Shown: in pieces, positions 28,548 through 46,160 of the stretch
Layout of the letters: each line of letters begins with the position of its first letter
Numbering within the stretch: the first letter of the stretch is position 1
Assembly (NCBI RefSeq): GCF_009914755.1
Contig: NC_060947.1
DNA length: 64,000 nt
Source of the DNA: the human T2T-CHM13v2.0 reference genome, Homo sapiens
Reading direction: 5' to 3' (one strand)
Position numbers and translations under genes: made by a program
Notes under the pieces: model-generated
Seen by the model: the letters and a program-made list of their open reading frames with translations, nothing else
The model's database searches: none
Told to the model about the DNA's origin: nothing

Positions 28548-29350
28548 TGTAATCGATCACCTGATGAGTTCATCTTGCCTGCTTCCTAGGAAAGTCAATG
28601 CACTAAGAACAGCAGTTTTTTGAAGAAAAGTTTAATAATCATGGTGCTGGTGAAGTGGAAGGACAGGAGTAATTACTCAAATAAGCTGCCCCAAGAACTC
28701 AGGGGCTAGGGTTTTTATGGATACTTTAGCAGATTGGGGGCTAGGGAATGGGTTCTGCTGATTGGTTGGGAATGAAACTGTAGGAATGTGGAAAACAATC
28801 CTTATGCACTACATCAACCTCTGGTTGGGGGCCACAGAATGAGTTAAGTTGTGAGTTAAGGGTCCAGGTGGAGTCAATCAGTTGCCAGAATGCAGAAGTA
28901 TGAAAATCATCTCAAAAGACCAATCTTATGTTCCATAATAGTGATGTCATCTATTATCTATAGGAGTAACTGAAGAAGTAACAAATCTTGTGACCTCTGG
29001 CTTTATGACTTTTAAGCAGTAACAGATTATAGAAAGGCAAGCTAGGAAACAATGGCTGGTTATCATTTAACTATGCCTACATTTTAGCAGAATTCAAGGC
29101 CCTCCCATAATCCTGTGACCTTCAATTAGTCTTACAAAGGCAGTCTAAGCACCTGAACAAGGAAGGAGTCAGTTTTAGGGAGGGACTATCATCATCCTTG
29201 CTTCAAAGCTAAACTATAAATTCCTCCCATCGTTAGCTTGGTCTATGCCCAGGAATGAGCGAGGGCAATCAGCCTGTGAGGCTAGAAGCAAGAAGGAGTC
29301 AGCCATACTAGGTTTATCTCACTATTATAATCTTTGCAAAAGCAGTTTCA
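28548..29350 (-). mobile_element. LTR8-family ERV1 solo LTR
   Basis: Minus strand starts TGAAACTGCTTTTGCAAAGATTAT; TSD CACA/CATG is consistent with CpG-decayed CACG. Confidence 0.75.
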
Positions 29351-30234
29351 CATGCTGCTGGTGGCTCTACCATTCTGGGGTCTGAAGGGCTGTGGCCCCA
29401 TTCGCAGCTCCCACAACTCCACTAGACAGTATCCCAGTGGGGACTTTCCATAAGGACTCCAATCCCACATTTCCGCTTGGCATTGCCTTAGCAGAATTTT
29501 TCTGCAAGGGCTCCACCCTGCAGCAGGCTTCTTCCTGGGCACCCAGATTTTCCCATACATCCTCTGAAATCTAGGTAGAAGCTACCAAACCTTCATCACT
29601 CTTGCATTCTGCCTGTCTGTAGCCTTATCACCACGTGGAAGCTGCCACTTGCACCCTCTGGACTGGAGCTGGAGCAGCCAGGATGCATTGAACAGCATCC
29701 TGGGCCTGGATCCTGAAACAATTCTGTCTTCTTAGCCCCTGGGCCTATGAAAAGAGTGGTGGCCTTGAAGAAGGTTTCTGAAATGTCTGGGGCCTTTTTG
29801 CCATTGTCTTGACTATTACCAACCATCTCCCTTTTAGTTATGCTGATCTCTCTAGTAATTGATTGATCCATAGCACCCTCAGATTACTGCCACAGGAATG
29901 CTTTTTTCTTCTCTATCTCATGGCCTGGCTACAAATTTTCCAAAATTTCGCACTCTGTTTCCCTTTTAATTATAGAGTCCAACTTTAGATGATTCCTTTG
30001 CTCCCATATGTAATCATAGGCCATTAGAAGCACCCGCACCAATTCTTGAGCTTTGTGCTGCTAAGAAATTTGTTCTGCCAGGTAATCTAGGCCATCACTC
30101 TTAAGTTTGGCCTTCCACAAAGCATAGACACAATGCAGCCAAAGTTTTTGCTAAGTCCTTACAAAGGTGATCTTTGCTCCAGTTCCCAATAACTTCCTTA
30201 TTTTCATTTGAGACCTCATCAACCTGGCCTTCAC

Positions 30235-30545
30235 TTTTCTTTTTTTTTTTTTTAATTTTTTCTTTGAGACAGGCTCTCACTCTGTCATGCAGGCTGGAGT
30301 GCAGTGGCACAGTCATGGTTTATTGCGGCCTCAACCTCCCAAGTGCAAATGAATCTCCTGCCTCAGCCTTCTGAGCAGCTGGGGCTACAGGTGTTTACCA
30401 TTGCATCCAGCTAATTTTTTTTTTTTTTGAGACAAGGTCTTGCTATGTTGTCCAGGCTGGCCTTGACTTCCTGGGCTCAGGTGATCCTTCCAACTTGGCC
30501 TCCCAAAGAGTTGGGATTACAGGTGTGAGCCACCGCACCCAGTCT
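30235..30545 (-). mobile_element. AluJ
   Basis: Poly(T) followed by a dimeric Alu on the minus strand. Confidence 0.9.
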
Positions 30546-31145
30546 ACTGTTCATATTTGTATAAGCATTTTAGACACAACCACTTAACCAGTCTCTAGTA
30601 AGTTCTGAATGTTCCCTCATTTTTCTGTCTTTTTTTGAGCCCTCCAAACTCTTCCAACCTATTCCCATTATTCAGTTCCAAAGCTGCTTCCACATTTTCC
30701 CGTATCTTTATAGCAATGCTCCACTTCTCAGTATCAATTTTCTGTCTTAATCCATTTATGTCGCTATAAAGGAATACTTGAGGCTGGGTAATTTATGGAG
30801 AAAAGGTTTACTTTGTTCACACTTCTGCAGGCTGTAAAAGAAGCATGACATCAACATCTGCTTCTGGGTACTTCCACTCATGATGGAAGGTGAAGGGGAG
30901 CTGGCATCACATGGTGAGACAGGAGAGAAGAGAGAGAGAGAAGGAGGTTCCAGGCTCCTTGTAACAATCAGTTCTCACAGGAGCTAATGGAGTGAGAACT
31001 CACTCATTACCCCAAGGATGACACTAAACCATTCATGAGGGATTCACGCCCATGACCCAAACACCTGCCGTTAGGCCCCACTTCTACCATTGGGGATCAA
31101 ATTTCAACACGAGATTTGGAGGAGACAAATATCCAAACTATATCA

Positions 31146-33672
31146 GATGGCTATAATCTTTTAAAAAAAGGAAAATAAGAAGTCTTGATAAAGATGTCAT
31201 GAAATTTGAGCCATCTTACATTGTGGATGGAGATGCAAAATGGTGCACGTGCTGTGGAAAAAGTCTGACAGTTACTCATATGGTTGAACATATACTAACA
31301 CACTATGATCTATAAATTCCACTACCAGGCATATACCCCAGAGAAATGGAAGCATATGTTCACACAAAAAGTTGTACATAAATATTTTAGCAACATTATT
31401 CATAATAGCTAAACTGTGGAGACAATCCAAATGTTCATCAATTGAGGAGTGAATAAACACAACTGGGTATAGTCATATAATGGAATATTAGTTAGCCATA
31501 AATAAATGGAGTATTGATACATGTTCTAACATGGATAAAGCTTGAAAGCATAATGCAAAGTGAAAGAAGACATATGTAAAAGATACATAGTGTGTTATTC
31601 CATTTTTATAATATTTCAAGAATAGGCAATACATAAGCACAGAGAGTATGTTTGTTGTTATGATATTGGAGAAGAGGAGAATTGGAAGTCACTTCTAACA
31701 GGTATAAAGTTTGGGATGATGAAAGTGTCTGGAATTTGTGGTCATGGTCACACAACATTGTGAATAAACTAAAAAACCACTGAAGTATATACTTTAAAAT
31801 GGTGAATTTCATGTTATTTGAATTATGTCTCAATAAAAATGCAATTAAGAAATAGTCAATGCAATTTCAATGAAATATCAATAGGCTGCGTTGTTGGAAC
31901 TTGATAAGCTAATTCTAAAACTTACATTGAAATGCAAAAAGCCAAGAATAGTATAAAACAATGTTGAAGATATAGTTCAGAGGATTTGGTCTACTGGATA
32001 TAAAGGTCCATTTTAACGCTATGACAATAAAGGGAATGTACTATTGACACTGGATCAGATGAATAAACAAATGGGACAGAATAGAGTGAAAAAAATAGAC
32101 TTGCACATATATGGACAAAGGACACACTGCAGAGAAGTGAGGAAAAGACAATCTCTTCAATAACTGTTGCTGGGTCAGTGGACATTATATGGGAAATAAA
32201 GTAGACTTAGATCCCCTCACCATATGCAAACTCAAATTCCACATCTAAAAGTCAAAGGCAAAGCAATAACATGTCTACAGGATAACATGGAAAACTATCT
32301 GCATGAACTAAGGAAATTCAAATAGAAAAATATTTATTAAACAGTAATGAAAAGCACTAATTTAAAATAAATACCTGAAAAATAGACACCATTAAAACCC
32401 ACTTATGCCTAGCGTTCCATTATTGGAACTCTAAGCATGTGGGAGTTATTTACATCCTACTGCTGAAGGTCATCGCCAAGGTCTGACTGCAAAATTCAAA
32501 AAAATTCAACCCCAGGCATAAATAGGTTAATATAGTGAACACCCAAGGCATGGTATGGCAAAAATTATTTGTAACACAAATAACTGACAAAGGGCTTATG
32601 TACAGAAAATGTAGAAAACTTGCAGAAATAAACAATAAAGTTAGACAACCTAATAAAACTGTTGGGGATTTAAATGGACACTTCACTATAAGAGGGCATT
32701 CAAATGACCAGTAAACATATGTAAAGTTGCTCTTCCACCTTAGGAATTAGGAAAGTGCAAATTAAAACTATAGTAAAATTTTACCCCAGAATGACTATGA
32801 TGAAAAGGATGAAAACTACCAAATATTGTCAAGAATATGGAGCAACGAACACTCTGCTGATTAGACTGTAAATTGATATACACTCTTTAGAAAATAGTTG
32901 ACACTGAATTTGTACGTACCCATGTGACTTAAGATTTTTACTTTTATATACATACCTTATACAAATATATACATACCTTATAGAAATTTGCACTGAGACA
33001 TGTATAAGAATGTCTCATTCTTGAAATATCTCTAAACTCAAAACAATTCAAATATCCATCAAGAGTAGAACTGATTTGAAACTGTGCTATATATTTATAC
33101 AATGGATAGTATATTGTAATTAAAATTAAATTAATGAATTACAGCTACATGCAACCAATCATAGGGGTGAATTTTACAAATACATATGTGAATGAAATAT
33201 GCCAGGCACAAAAAAACTACATTTTGATTGAGTCAATTTATAAAATGTCCCTAAATATGCAAACTTAACTATAATGTTTAGAAATGTAAATAATGGTTGA
33301 ATACAGAGAAGAGGGAAGAGGTGGTAGTTGGGAAAGAGTAGGAGTTGGAGAGCCTTCTGGATAATAACTTGTTACATGAATATTCAATTTGTAAAATTCA
33401 TTTGAGTTATTCATTTCTATTTTTGCACTGTTCTCAAGGTATGCTACACTTCACACACACACAAAAAATGAAAATACAGCAATGCTACTTCTGGGTATAT
33501 AACCAAGATAACCGAAAACAGAATCTAGAAGAGATATTTGTACACTCATGTTCATGGCAGCATTTTTAACAATAGCCAAAAGGCAGAAGCAACCCAAATG
33601 TCCATCAACAGAAAAATGAATAAACAAAATATAATATATACATACAATGGAATGTTATTCAGCCTTAAAAAG
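31146..33672 (+). mobile_element. Series of old L1 3' fragments (L1MB/L1ME-like)
   Basis: Typical L1M ORF2-end and 3' UTR motifs; CTCAATAAAAA at ~31829. Confidence 0.7.
32398..32526 (+). mobile_element. MER85 piggyBac MITE
   Basis: TIRs CCCACTTATGCC...GGCATAAATAGG, right-hand TTAA target, internal palindrome GTTCCATTATTGGAAC (32414-32429). Confidence 0.9.
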
Positions 33673-37045
<3,373 letters not shown>

Positions 37046-38829
37046 ATTTCCTTTGGTCATTTCAATATTTTTGTCCAAAAAGCAACACAAGCCTTCATAT
37101 TCTATTGTATTTCCATAATAGATTTAATACAGAAATTTGTGTCATTTATAAGGAAATATTTCTAATGCTATAATGTGGTGTGCTGGGATATTTCCTCCTG
37201 CCAATGTTTCAAGCCTTCCTTCAATGCAAAAAACCACTGTGTTTTCCCTGACATTGATAACTCTTTGTTACCAAGTTGAAAAGCTAAAAAGCTTTTGTTA
37301 AAAAAAAAAGGGCATAATAAGAGGCAGAGATATTCATATCTTCAACTATCTAAAATTATTAATTGGTTCTTAATCTCTTGTCAAATAATAGAACAGCTTT
37401 CTGTTTATTAACTTTAAAGGAACTTATATAGTATCTAATACAATTATATTAGGCATTTTTCAGCAAGATCAAGAAGCATATGTGTTTATTTTGGTATTAT
37501 GTAATATATATGTGTATATATATTTATATTCACATACATACAAACATATGTGTATATAGTGTCTAATTCCCTCTCTTTCCTCCTAAAATGAGAAGAAATT
37601 ACAGTGGATATATAATGCTTTTGATAAATAATCCCATTTATTTATAATAATCTCATTGTATTTTTATTTGTACTTTACAAATTATGTATAGTTAGTTATG
37701 ATAATTATTTATAATATTTCAAATAAAATATCAAATTATTTATAATAATTTCATTAAATGTAATTTAATAGTTATAGATGCTTCTCTTTAAAGTCTCTAT
37801 AGAATTGACTTTGTACAATGATGTGATATTTATCCCTTACATCAATTTTCATTCAGTTTATTTTAGATTCAAATTAGTTATACTTAACATGGGTAGGCTT
37901 TTTTACTGCTAGAATTTTAGCTATTTAGTTATTCGAATAAGATAATAGATGAATCTTAACTATGTCTGCAACAGATTATCTTTGCATAAATCTCAACTTT
38001 GGTTTCTCCTAGTTTTCACCAACCAGAATGCGTATTAAAAGGTAAATACTTAATAACTGATCATTGAATTATGACCCAAAATAACGCAAAATATAAGGGT
38101 TCTTTTGAATTGTGAAAGAAAAAGTAGCTATATTGTTTTATTTTTAGCATTAAGCATATTTTACTGGAGCCAAATTCTTTGAAGATTGGGGACCTTGTAT
38201 GGCATATATGGTAACATTATATTGGTTGAAATAATTAATTTTAATATTCAATTCTCAGTCATTCCAAAAAATAACAGCTAAAATTTGTCATAATTGCATA
38301 CTTCTTTATCTGTTTGCCAGAAAAACCTCAGAATAATGCTATCTATCTTTGGATCCTTGGCACTTAAGAACAGTTTGTGTTGTATGGTAATAGTGCTAGT
38401 AGTTAGTAGTGGCAGCAACAGTAAGTAACATTTATATTATTGGAAAAAATGGTAAAATCTAAAGTCTGTAGTTTAGCTAATATAATTGTACCAAAGTCAA
38501 TGTCTTAGTTTTGATAATTTCACTGTGGCTTTGTCAGATGTTAAAAACTAGGTGAAGGCATTAAAACAGAACTCTGTGTTGATTTTGCAACTTTTCTATA
38601 AGTCTAAAATTATTTCAAAACAAAAAGTAAAAAAAAAAAGTTGAAAATATGTAGTTAGGGAACTCCACACCAAGTTGGGGGAAGTATCTGAAGTTAGAGA
38701 GCTAGATAGAATGTCTGAGCACCAAAACCTCTTTTCCATTATGGGTTTTCTCTGTCTATTTTCCTTACACAATGACCAAGTGTTTCAAGATCCCAAAATC
38801 CCCCAGTGTAACAGGCAATCTAAATATCC

Positions 38830-39045
38830 TATTCCCATGTATGGGAGTGCTTACTATATGCCAGACCCTGTTACAGTGTTACTCATTTAATCCTTACAAC
38901 CTGCATATATATGCACTATTAATATTCCCATCTAACTGAGGCACAGAAAAGTTACATAATTGTAACTTGAGGTAACCCAGCTTGTAAGTCACAGAGTCAA
39001 GATTCAAAGCCAGGCAGTCTGGGTCTAGAGCTTATGCTCCCTCTA
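38830..39045 (-). mobile_element. MIR
   Basis: CTCATTTAATCCTTACAAC...AACTGAGGCACAGA...GATTCAAAGCCAGGCAGTCTG. Confidence 0.75.
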
Positions 39046-40959
39046 TTTTACAGTTTCTTTTAAAGAAAATTCCATACAGTAATTCTGTAAATTCCATTAA
39101 TACATTCTAGTATTACTCGAATGTATCAGCTTACTTCAATTTTATTATTTGTCTTTTGAAGTCATTTATTATTAATTCAACAATTACTAAAATGTCTACT
39201 ATGTAACCATGGTGCCAGATACAAGACATACATAGTCACAGCTCTCATGAAACCTAAGTGCTACTGAAGGAAACAGATATTAAATGTCTGTTTCTGTAAT
39301 CATTTAGTTATAATTATAATCAAATATGGATCATCCTTAGAGTTACCTATTTCATAAAATGTGTCTGAATCCCTCAGTCAGATGCCCTCTCTTCCTTCTC
39401 TGAATCCCTCTAGCACCCTGTACCACTCAAATGATATGTAGTATGGTTTACCTTATATTGCAGCTATTTGGAAATTTACTCTTTATCATTTTCTAAAGGT
39501 TAAGCTCACTGATATCAGGGATTGCTTTTTACTTATCTATGACGAATGCAATATCTTTTACATAGTAGACAGAGTAGGTTCTCAATATTTATCAATTGGT
39601 TAAATTAATTTATGGCAAATTTAGTCTGGTTTGATTGTTAGAAGAATGAAGAAGATGAGTGAGCCACTTCAAAAATAAGTCAACTTGTGCCTTACACTCA
39701 TATCAAATACTTAAGCAGCTTCAATAGGCTCAAGTTGGGACTAACTCTTATACTTTCTATCTGAATTAATGAAACAGTAAAAACAGAGTAGACACTAAAT
39801 TAATGGATTGCTACTGACAGCCTTTGTTCTCACCATGAGAATCATTGCTAAAGCACACAGAATCTCAAACACAGAAACACTTTTTTTAAAATAAAAGATT
39901 CCAACAGTCAGTTGAATCTACTCTGTTAGTTTTCTTGATAAACTTAAGAAAGGGAAGATTGGAAGAATCCAGTCTTATTTAAGCAAAAAGATATAAAATA
40001 TATGTGATCATGTTATGGCACATAATCCAGTTTTAAAACTTTAAAAAGAGAACCTCTTTTTAAAGAGGTGGATTCGTGTGTCAGTAATATATCATCAAAT
40101 AAACTTTTACTCTTAAAACATAAACTATATGTTTTAAAATTTGCAACATAAAATATGTTGTAAAGTATATGTTTTATACTTAAAGGAAAACAGAAAGCAT
40201 ATTTTATAAATTTATCATTAAAAACCACATGTTCTATGTTCTGGAAATGAGGCATCCAGACAAGTATATGTCAAAAGCTGAGATCGTCCATCATGACTAT
40301 TACTTTTAGATGATGGAATACTTATCTTTGATTTGGAATACTAATTATATTTTTTTCAATGGTGGAGGTTAAGTCATTCTATGAGTTAATTACGCAAAAA
40401 TCAAAATGAGAAGCTGATTAGCTTTGTTACCAGAAAGTTGTACTTTTTTCTTTGTAAACCTGTAATGACGTATAATTTCTCAGAAATACTGAATTCAGTT
40501 CCTCCTGACCTGTTTCTAACTACAGAACCAGAAAATATATACAGAAACATGTCAAATGATTTCTAATAAAGTAGTTCCTGAACAGCATCTTGTTTTGTTA
40601 TTGAAATTCTCTCTCCTATTTAAAATATACACATGACTAAATAAAAAGTGTTTTATTACTCATAAAGAGCTCTTTATTTAAAATGATGGCATTTTTGAAA
40701 ATTATAAAAACATAATACAGCTACAGGAAGATTTCTGAAGATTCTTAAGGAAAATAACAAAATAATAACTATTGGAAACAGAGTTCAGGTTTTGCAGTTA
40801 TTCATAAAAAACAATGTATAAACTATGCTATGTTCTGCATAAACATATTTTAAGTAGAAGCAAAACTGGCACTTACTATAGGACAACCTGTTATATAAAA
40901 AATACAAGCTTAAAAAAATAGAACAAGAAATTAGGAAATAATCATAATTAGGATTTAAA

Positions 40960-41862
40960 TGAACACCAAGTGTTCCACCATCTAAAAGTGAATGAAAAAA
41001 TAAATAAAAATGAATGTGCAAACTACTCATCAAACTAATACTGAGAATATGCAAGTAACTCATACAACTCACCAGCAAAACCATCCAAACAGTCCCATTA
41101 AAAAGTGGGGAAAGTATCTGAAGACATAAAAACGGCTAACAGGTATATGAAAAATTGCTCAAAACTACAATGAGATATCATCTCAGCCCAGTCTCTTATT
41201 AAAAAGAAAGGTGAGGATGCAGAGAAAAAGGTCCCCTTATATACTGCTGATGTTGAGGCAGCCATGTGGGAATGGCTCCCTGGCAGATCCTCTGACAGAC
41301 CTTCACACTGGGAAGAATGCATGCTGGGGTGGAGTCTTGGGAAGTTCATGCCATTTGCAGTGGGGAGGAGCCTGGCCTCTCCTCTTCCTGGGTGGTAACT
41401 GGTATTCGATCTGCAAGGCAGGATGTGCACTCACAGGACTTTGGCTTTGTGGAGAGTACCTGTTCCCCATTTTTTCCCTTTTTACCAAATAAATTCCATT
41501 TTTTTCACCCTTCAAAGTGTCTGTGAGCCTAATCTCTCATGGCTGTATGACAAGAACCCAGCTCTTAGCTGAACTAAGGAAAAAGTCCTGCAACAATGGG
41601 AATATAAATTAGTACAGCCATTATGAAAAACAGTATGAAGGTTTCTCTAAAAACTAAAATAGGGCTACCATATGGTCCAGCAATTTCACTACTGAGTATA
41701 TATCCAAAAGAAAGGAAATCAATATATTGAGTGGATATTTGCACCCCCATGTTTACTGTAGAACTATTCACAACAGCCAAGATATGGAATCAACCTAAAT
41801 GTCCATCAACAGATGAATGGATAAAGAAAATATGGTATATATACACACTGGAATACTATTCT
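40960..41862 (+). mobile_element. L1MA-type 3' fragment split by a MER61-like LTR
   Basis: L1 3' motifs continue across 41254-41595. Confidence 0.75.
41254..41595 (+). mobile_element. MER61-like ERV1 solo LTR
   Basis: TGAGGCAGCC...CTGAACTAAGGAAAAAGTCCTGCAACA; TSD ATGT/ATGG; AATAAA near 41488. Confidence 0.75.
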
Positions 41863-42549
41863 ACTGTAATTAGCCCCATGACTTTGCTGAGCATTGCCCT
41901 AGTAGGAACTTTCTACAGTGGCCTCACCCCTGTAGCAGTTTTCTATCTGGGCCCCACAGCTCTCTGGGACATCCTTTGAAATCTAGGTGTAAGCAGTCAC
42001 ACCCTCAAAACTTTGCTGAGTGTAGTGTTTTCTGTAGACACACCTGTTGAGGCTGAGAAGCGTGATGAAAGAGTGGAGGGAGCAGAGCCTGCCTGTGACA
42101 GTGCTGGGCAGCAGTGGCCTCTCTTTGAACTTGCGTCTTGTACTCTGGTCCTATAGTTGGAGGGTAGACATGATAATTTCCAAAATTCGTTAGGGTCATT
42201 CTTCCATTGTCTTGGACAACAAGTCCTGACTTCTGTTTAGATGATTGACTAATGTTCCCATTGTCTTGATGAATAGCTCCTAGTTTCGGTTGAGGTGGCA
42301 GATTCATATTAATTTATCAGATGGTAATTTGGCCATATACTTGGAATTCTGTCTGAATCATGCTTTCTCATTCTTTACCACATGGCTGAGATGAGAATTT
42401 TTCAAATCTTTTAAGTTCTGCTTCCCTTTTGGTGAACAATTTTGTCTTTAAATCATTTCTCTCTTTTCTCATTTTCCTATAAGCAGTCAAAGGGAACCAA
42501 GCCATACAGTTCACACTTTGCTTAAAAATAGCTTCAGCTAAATATTTAA
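41863..42549 (-). mobile_element. MaLR internal-region fragment
   Basis: Similar to the MaLR internal sequence at 29400-30200. Confidence 0.6.
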
Positions 42550-44840
42550 TGATATTGTTTGGCTGTGTCCCCACCCAAATCTCATCTTGAATTGTAACTC
42601 CCACAATTCCCATGCATTGTGTGAAGAACCTGGTGGGAGTGATTCAATTATGGGGGTGGGTCCTTCCTGGACTGTTCTCATGGCAGTAATGAGTTTCATG
42701 AGATCTCATGGTTGTAAAAATGGCAGTTTCCCTGCACAAACTCTCTCTCTTTGCCTGATGCCATCCATGTAAGACATGACTTGCTCCTCTTTGCCTTCCA
42801 TCCTGATTGTGAAGCTTCCCCAGCCACGTGGAACTGTAAGTCCATTAAACCTCTTTCCTTTGTAAATTGCCCAGTCTCAGGTATGTTTTTATCGCAGCAT
42901 GAAAATGGATTAATACAGTAAATTGGTACTGAGAGAGGGGTGCTGCTGAAAAGATAGCCGAAAATGTGAAAGCATCTTTGTAACTGGGTAACAGGCAGAG
43001 GTTGGAACAGTTTAGAGGGCTTAGAAGAAGACAGGAAAATTTGGGAAAGTTTGGAACTCTCTAGAGACATACTGAATGGCTTTGACCAAAATGCTGATAA
43101 TAATATGGACAATGAAATCCAGGCTGAGATGGTCTCAGATGGATGTGATGAACTTGTTGGGAACTGGAGAAAGGTGATTCTTGTTATGTTTTAGCAAAGA
43201 GACTGGGAATTTTTCCCCTGCCCTAGACATTTGTGGAACTTCAAACTTGAGAGAGATGATTCAGGGTATCAGGAGGAAGAAATTTCTAAGCAGCAAAGCA
43301 TTCAAGAGATGACTTGTGTGCTGTTAAAAGCATTCAGTTTTATAAGGGAAAGAGCATAAAAATTTGGAAAATTTGCAGCCTGACTATGCAATAGAAAAGA
43401 AAATCCCATTTTCTAAGGAGAAATTCAAAACAGCTGCAGAAAATTGCATAAGTAAAAAGGAGCCAAATGTTAATCCCCAAGACAATGGGGAAAATGTCTC
43501 CAGGGCATGTCAGAGGTCTTCATGGCAACTCCTCCCATCACAGGCCCAGAGGCCTAGGAGGAAAAAGTGGTTTCATGGGCTGGGTCCAGGGTCCCCATGC
43601 TGTATGCAGCCTAGAGACTTGTTGCCCTGTGTTCCAGCTGCTCCAGCCATGGCTGAAGTGGGCCAGTGTAGAGCTTGGGCCATGGCTTCAGAGGGTGTAA
43701 GCCTCAAGCTTTGGTAGCTTCCATATGGTGTTGAGCCTGCCAGTGCACAGAAGTCAAGAATTGGTGTTTGGGAACCTCTGCCTAGATTTCAGAACATATA
43801 TGGAAATGCCTGGATGTCCAGGCAGTAGTTTGCTGTAGGGGCAGGGCCCTCATGGAGAACCTCTCCTAAGGCAATGTTGAAGGGAAATGTGAGTTTGGAG
43901 CCCCCATACAGAGGCCCTACTGCCTAGTGCAGCTGTGAGAAGAGGGCCATTGTCCTCCTGATCCCAGAATGGTAGATTCACTGACAGATTGCACCATGCA
44001 CCTGGAAAAGCTACAGACACTCAATCCTAGCCTGTGAAAGCAGCCAGGAGGGAAGCTGTACCCACAAAGCCACAGGAGCAGAGCCACTCAAGACCATAGG
44101 AACCCACCTCTTGCATCCATTACTAGCATGACCTGGATGTGAGACAGAGTCAAAGGAGATTGGTTTGGAGCTTCGAGATTTGACTGCCTTGCTGAATTTC
44201 GGACTTGCATGGGGTCTGTAGCCCCTTTGTTTTGGCCAATTTCTCCCATTTGGAATGTATTTATCAAATGCCTGTACCCCCATTGTATCTAGGAAGTAAT
44301 TGCTTTTGATTTTTCAGGCTTATAGGTGGAAGGGACATGCCTTGTCTCAGATGAGACTTTGGACTGTGGACTTTTGAGTTAATGCTAAAATGAGGTAAGG
44401 CATGCTGGAAAGGCATGATTGGTTTTGAAATGTGAGAACATGAGATTTGGGAGGGGCCAGGGGTGGAATGATATAGTTTGGCTATGTCCCCACCCAAATC
44501 TCATCTTGAATTGTAACTCTCATAATTCTTCTGTGTCATGGGAGGAACCCAGTAGGAGGTGATTGAATAATGGAGGTGGGTCCTTTTTGCTCTGTTCTCA
44601 AGATAGTGAATGAATCTCAGGAGATCTGGTGATTTTAAAAGCGGGAGTTTCCTGGCACAAGTTATCTCTCTTTGCCTGCTGCCATCCATGTTAAGACGTG
44701 ACTTGCTCCTCCTTGACTTCCGCCATGACTGTGAGACTACCCCAGCTGCATGGAACTGTAAGTCCATGAAACCTCTTTCTTTTATAAATTGCCCAGTCTC
44801 AGGTATGTCTTTATCAGCATTGTGAAAATGGACTAATACA
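42550..44840 (+). mobile_element. Complete THE1B-like element (LTR 42550-42917, internal region, LTR 44469-44840)
   Basis: Two homologous LTRs, internal start GTAAATTGGTAC, polypurine tract GGGAGGGGCCAGGGGTGGAA, TSD TTTAA/TGTAA. Confidence 0.92.
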
Positions 44841-44959
44841 TGTAATATATATGTAAAAGCAGAATGGTCATACTTATATCAGACAAAATAGACTTTAAGT
44901 CCAAACTGTCACAAGAGACAAAGAAGGACATTATATTAAATATAACAATAAATGGGTTA

Positions 44960-45338
44960 TGCTATGGTTTGAATGTGTCCCCCAAAGTTCATGTTTTGGA
45001 AACTTGATCCTTAATATGATGATATTAAGTGGGGCCTTTAAGAATTGAATAGGCCATGAGGCCTCTGCCCTGATGAATAGATTAAAGCCATTATCTTGGG
45101 AGTGAGTTTATTACTGTGAGAGTGGGTTCCTATAAAAGAACAATTTCAGCCCCCTTTCTTTTACCCTCTCTTGCCCTTCTGCTTACTGCCATGGAGTGAT
45201 ACAGCAAAAAGGCTCTCACTAGGTGCCAATCCCTTGATCTTGAACTTCCAGCCTCCAGCACTGTGAGCCAATAAATTTCTGTTTGTTATAAATTACTCAG
45301 CCTGTGGTGTTGTTATAGCAACACAAAACAGACTAACA
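44960..45338 (+). mobile_element. MSTC/MSTD-like MaLR solo LTR inside an L1M fragment
   Basis: TGCTATGGTTTGAATGTGTCCCCCAAAGTTCATG...ACAGACTAACA. Confidence 0.8.
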
Positions 45339-45339
45339 A

Positions 45340-46160
45340 GTCAATTCATCAGGAAAATATAGTAATTATATATATACATATACCCAACATCAGAACACAA
45401 GTGGTGTTGGGGAAACTGGATATTCATATACAGAAAAACAAAATTTGAACCTTACATACAAAAATAAACTCAAAATGGATTAAAAATTTTAATTAAATGT
45501 CTGAAATTGCAAAATTCATAGAAGAAAACAAATTCATAGAAAGCTTCGTGACATTGGTTTTAGCAATGATTTATTGGATATAACACTAAATACTTCTGGT
45601 ATTTATTCAAAATAATTGAAATCAGGACTGTGAAGATATATTTGCACTTCCATGTTTATTGCAGCTTTATTTCAATAGCTAAGAGATGGAAAAAAACTAA
45701 ATGTTCATCAGTGGATGAACAGATAAAGAAAATGCGGCATACGCATGCAATGAAATATTATATGACCAAAAAATGAAAGAAATTGTTATATGCTACAACT
45801 TGTATGAACATTGAGGAAATTACACTAAGTTAAATAAGCCAGTCACAGAAGGACAAATACTGCATGCACTTGTATGCGGTATCTACAGTCACTCAGAAAT
45901 TATTTATATGCTTTTCCCACTGGATACACATTCATGGGAACACAAAGTAGAATAGTGGTTTCTAGGGCTTAGGAGGAAGAGGCAAAAGTTCAATTAGTTC
46001 AATTAGTATAAAGTTTTGGTCATGCAAGATAAAAATGTTCTAGAGATCTGCTGTACAACAATGTGCATACAGTTAACAATGCTGTACTGTACACTTAAAT
46101 CTTTGTTAAGAGGGTAGATCTCATGTCATGTGGGTTGTTTTTTTTTTTTTTTTTCTGCCA
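45340..46160 (+). mobile_element. L1MA/L1MB 3' end
   Basis: GTTCTAGAGATCTGCTGTACAACAATGTG...GTTAAGAGGGTAGATCTCATG. Confidence 0.75.

Larger units (their letters stand above)
28380..31145 (-). mobile_element. MST-type MaLR (internal region plus LTR at 30743-31145) hosting an LTR8-like LTR and an AluJ
   Basis: MaLR-internal motifs on both sides of the inserts; LTR TGTCTTAATCCATTTATGTCGCTATAAAGG...CCAAACTATATCA. Confidence 0.8.
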
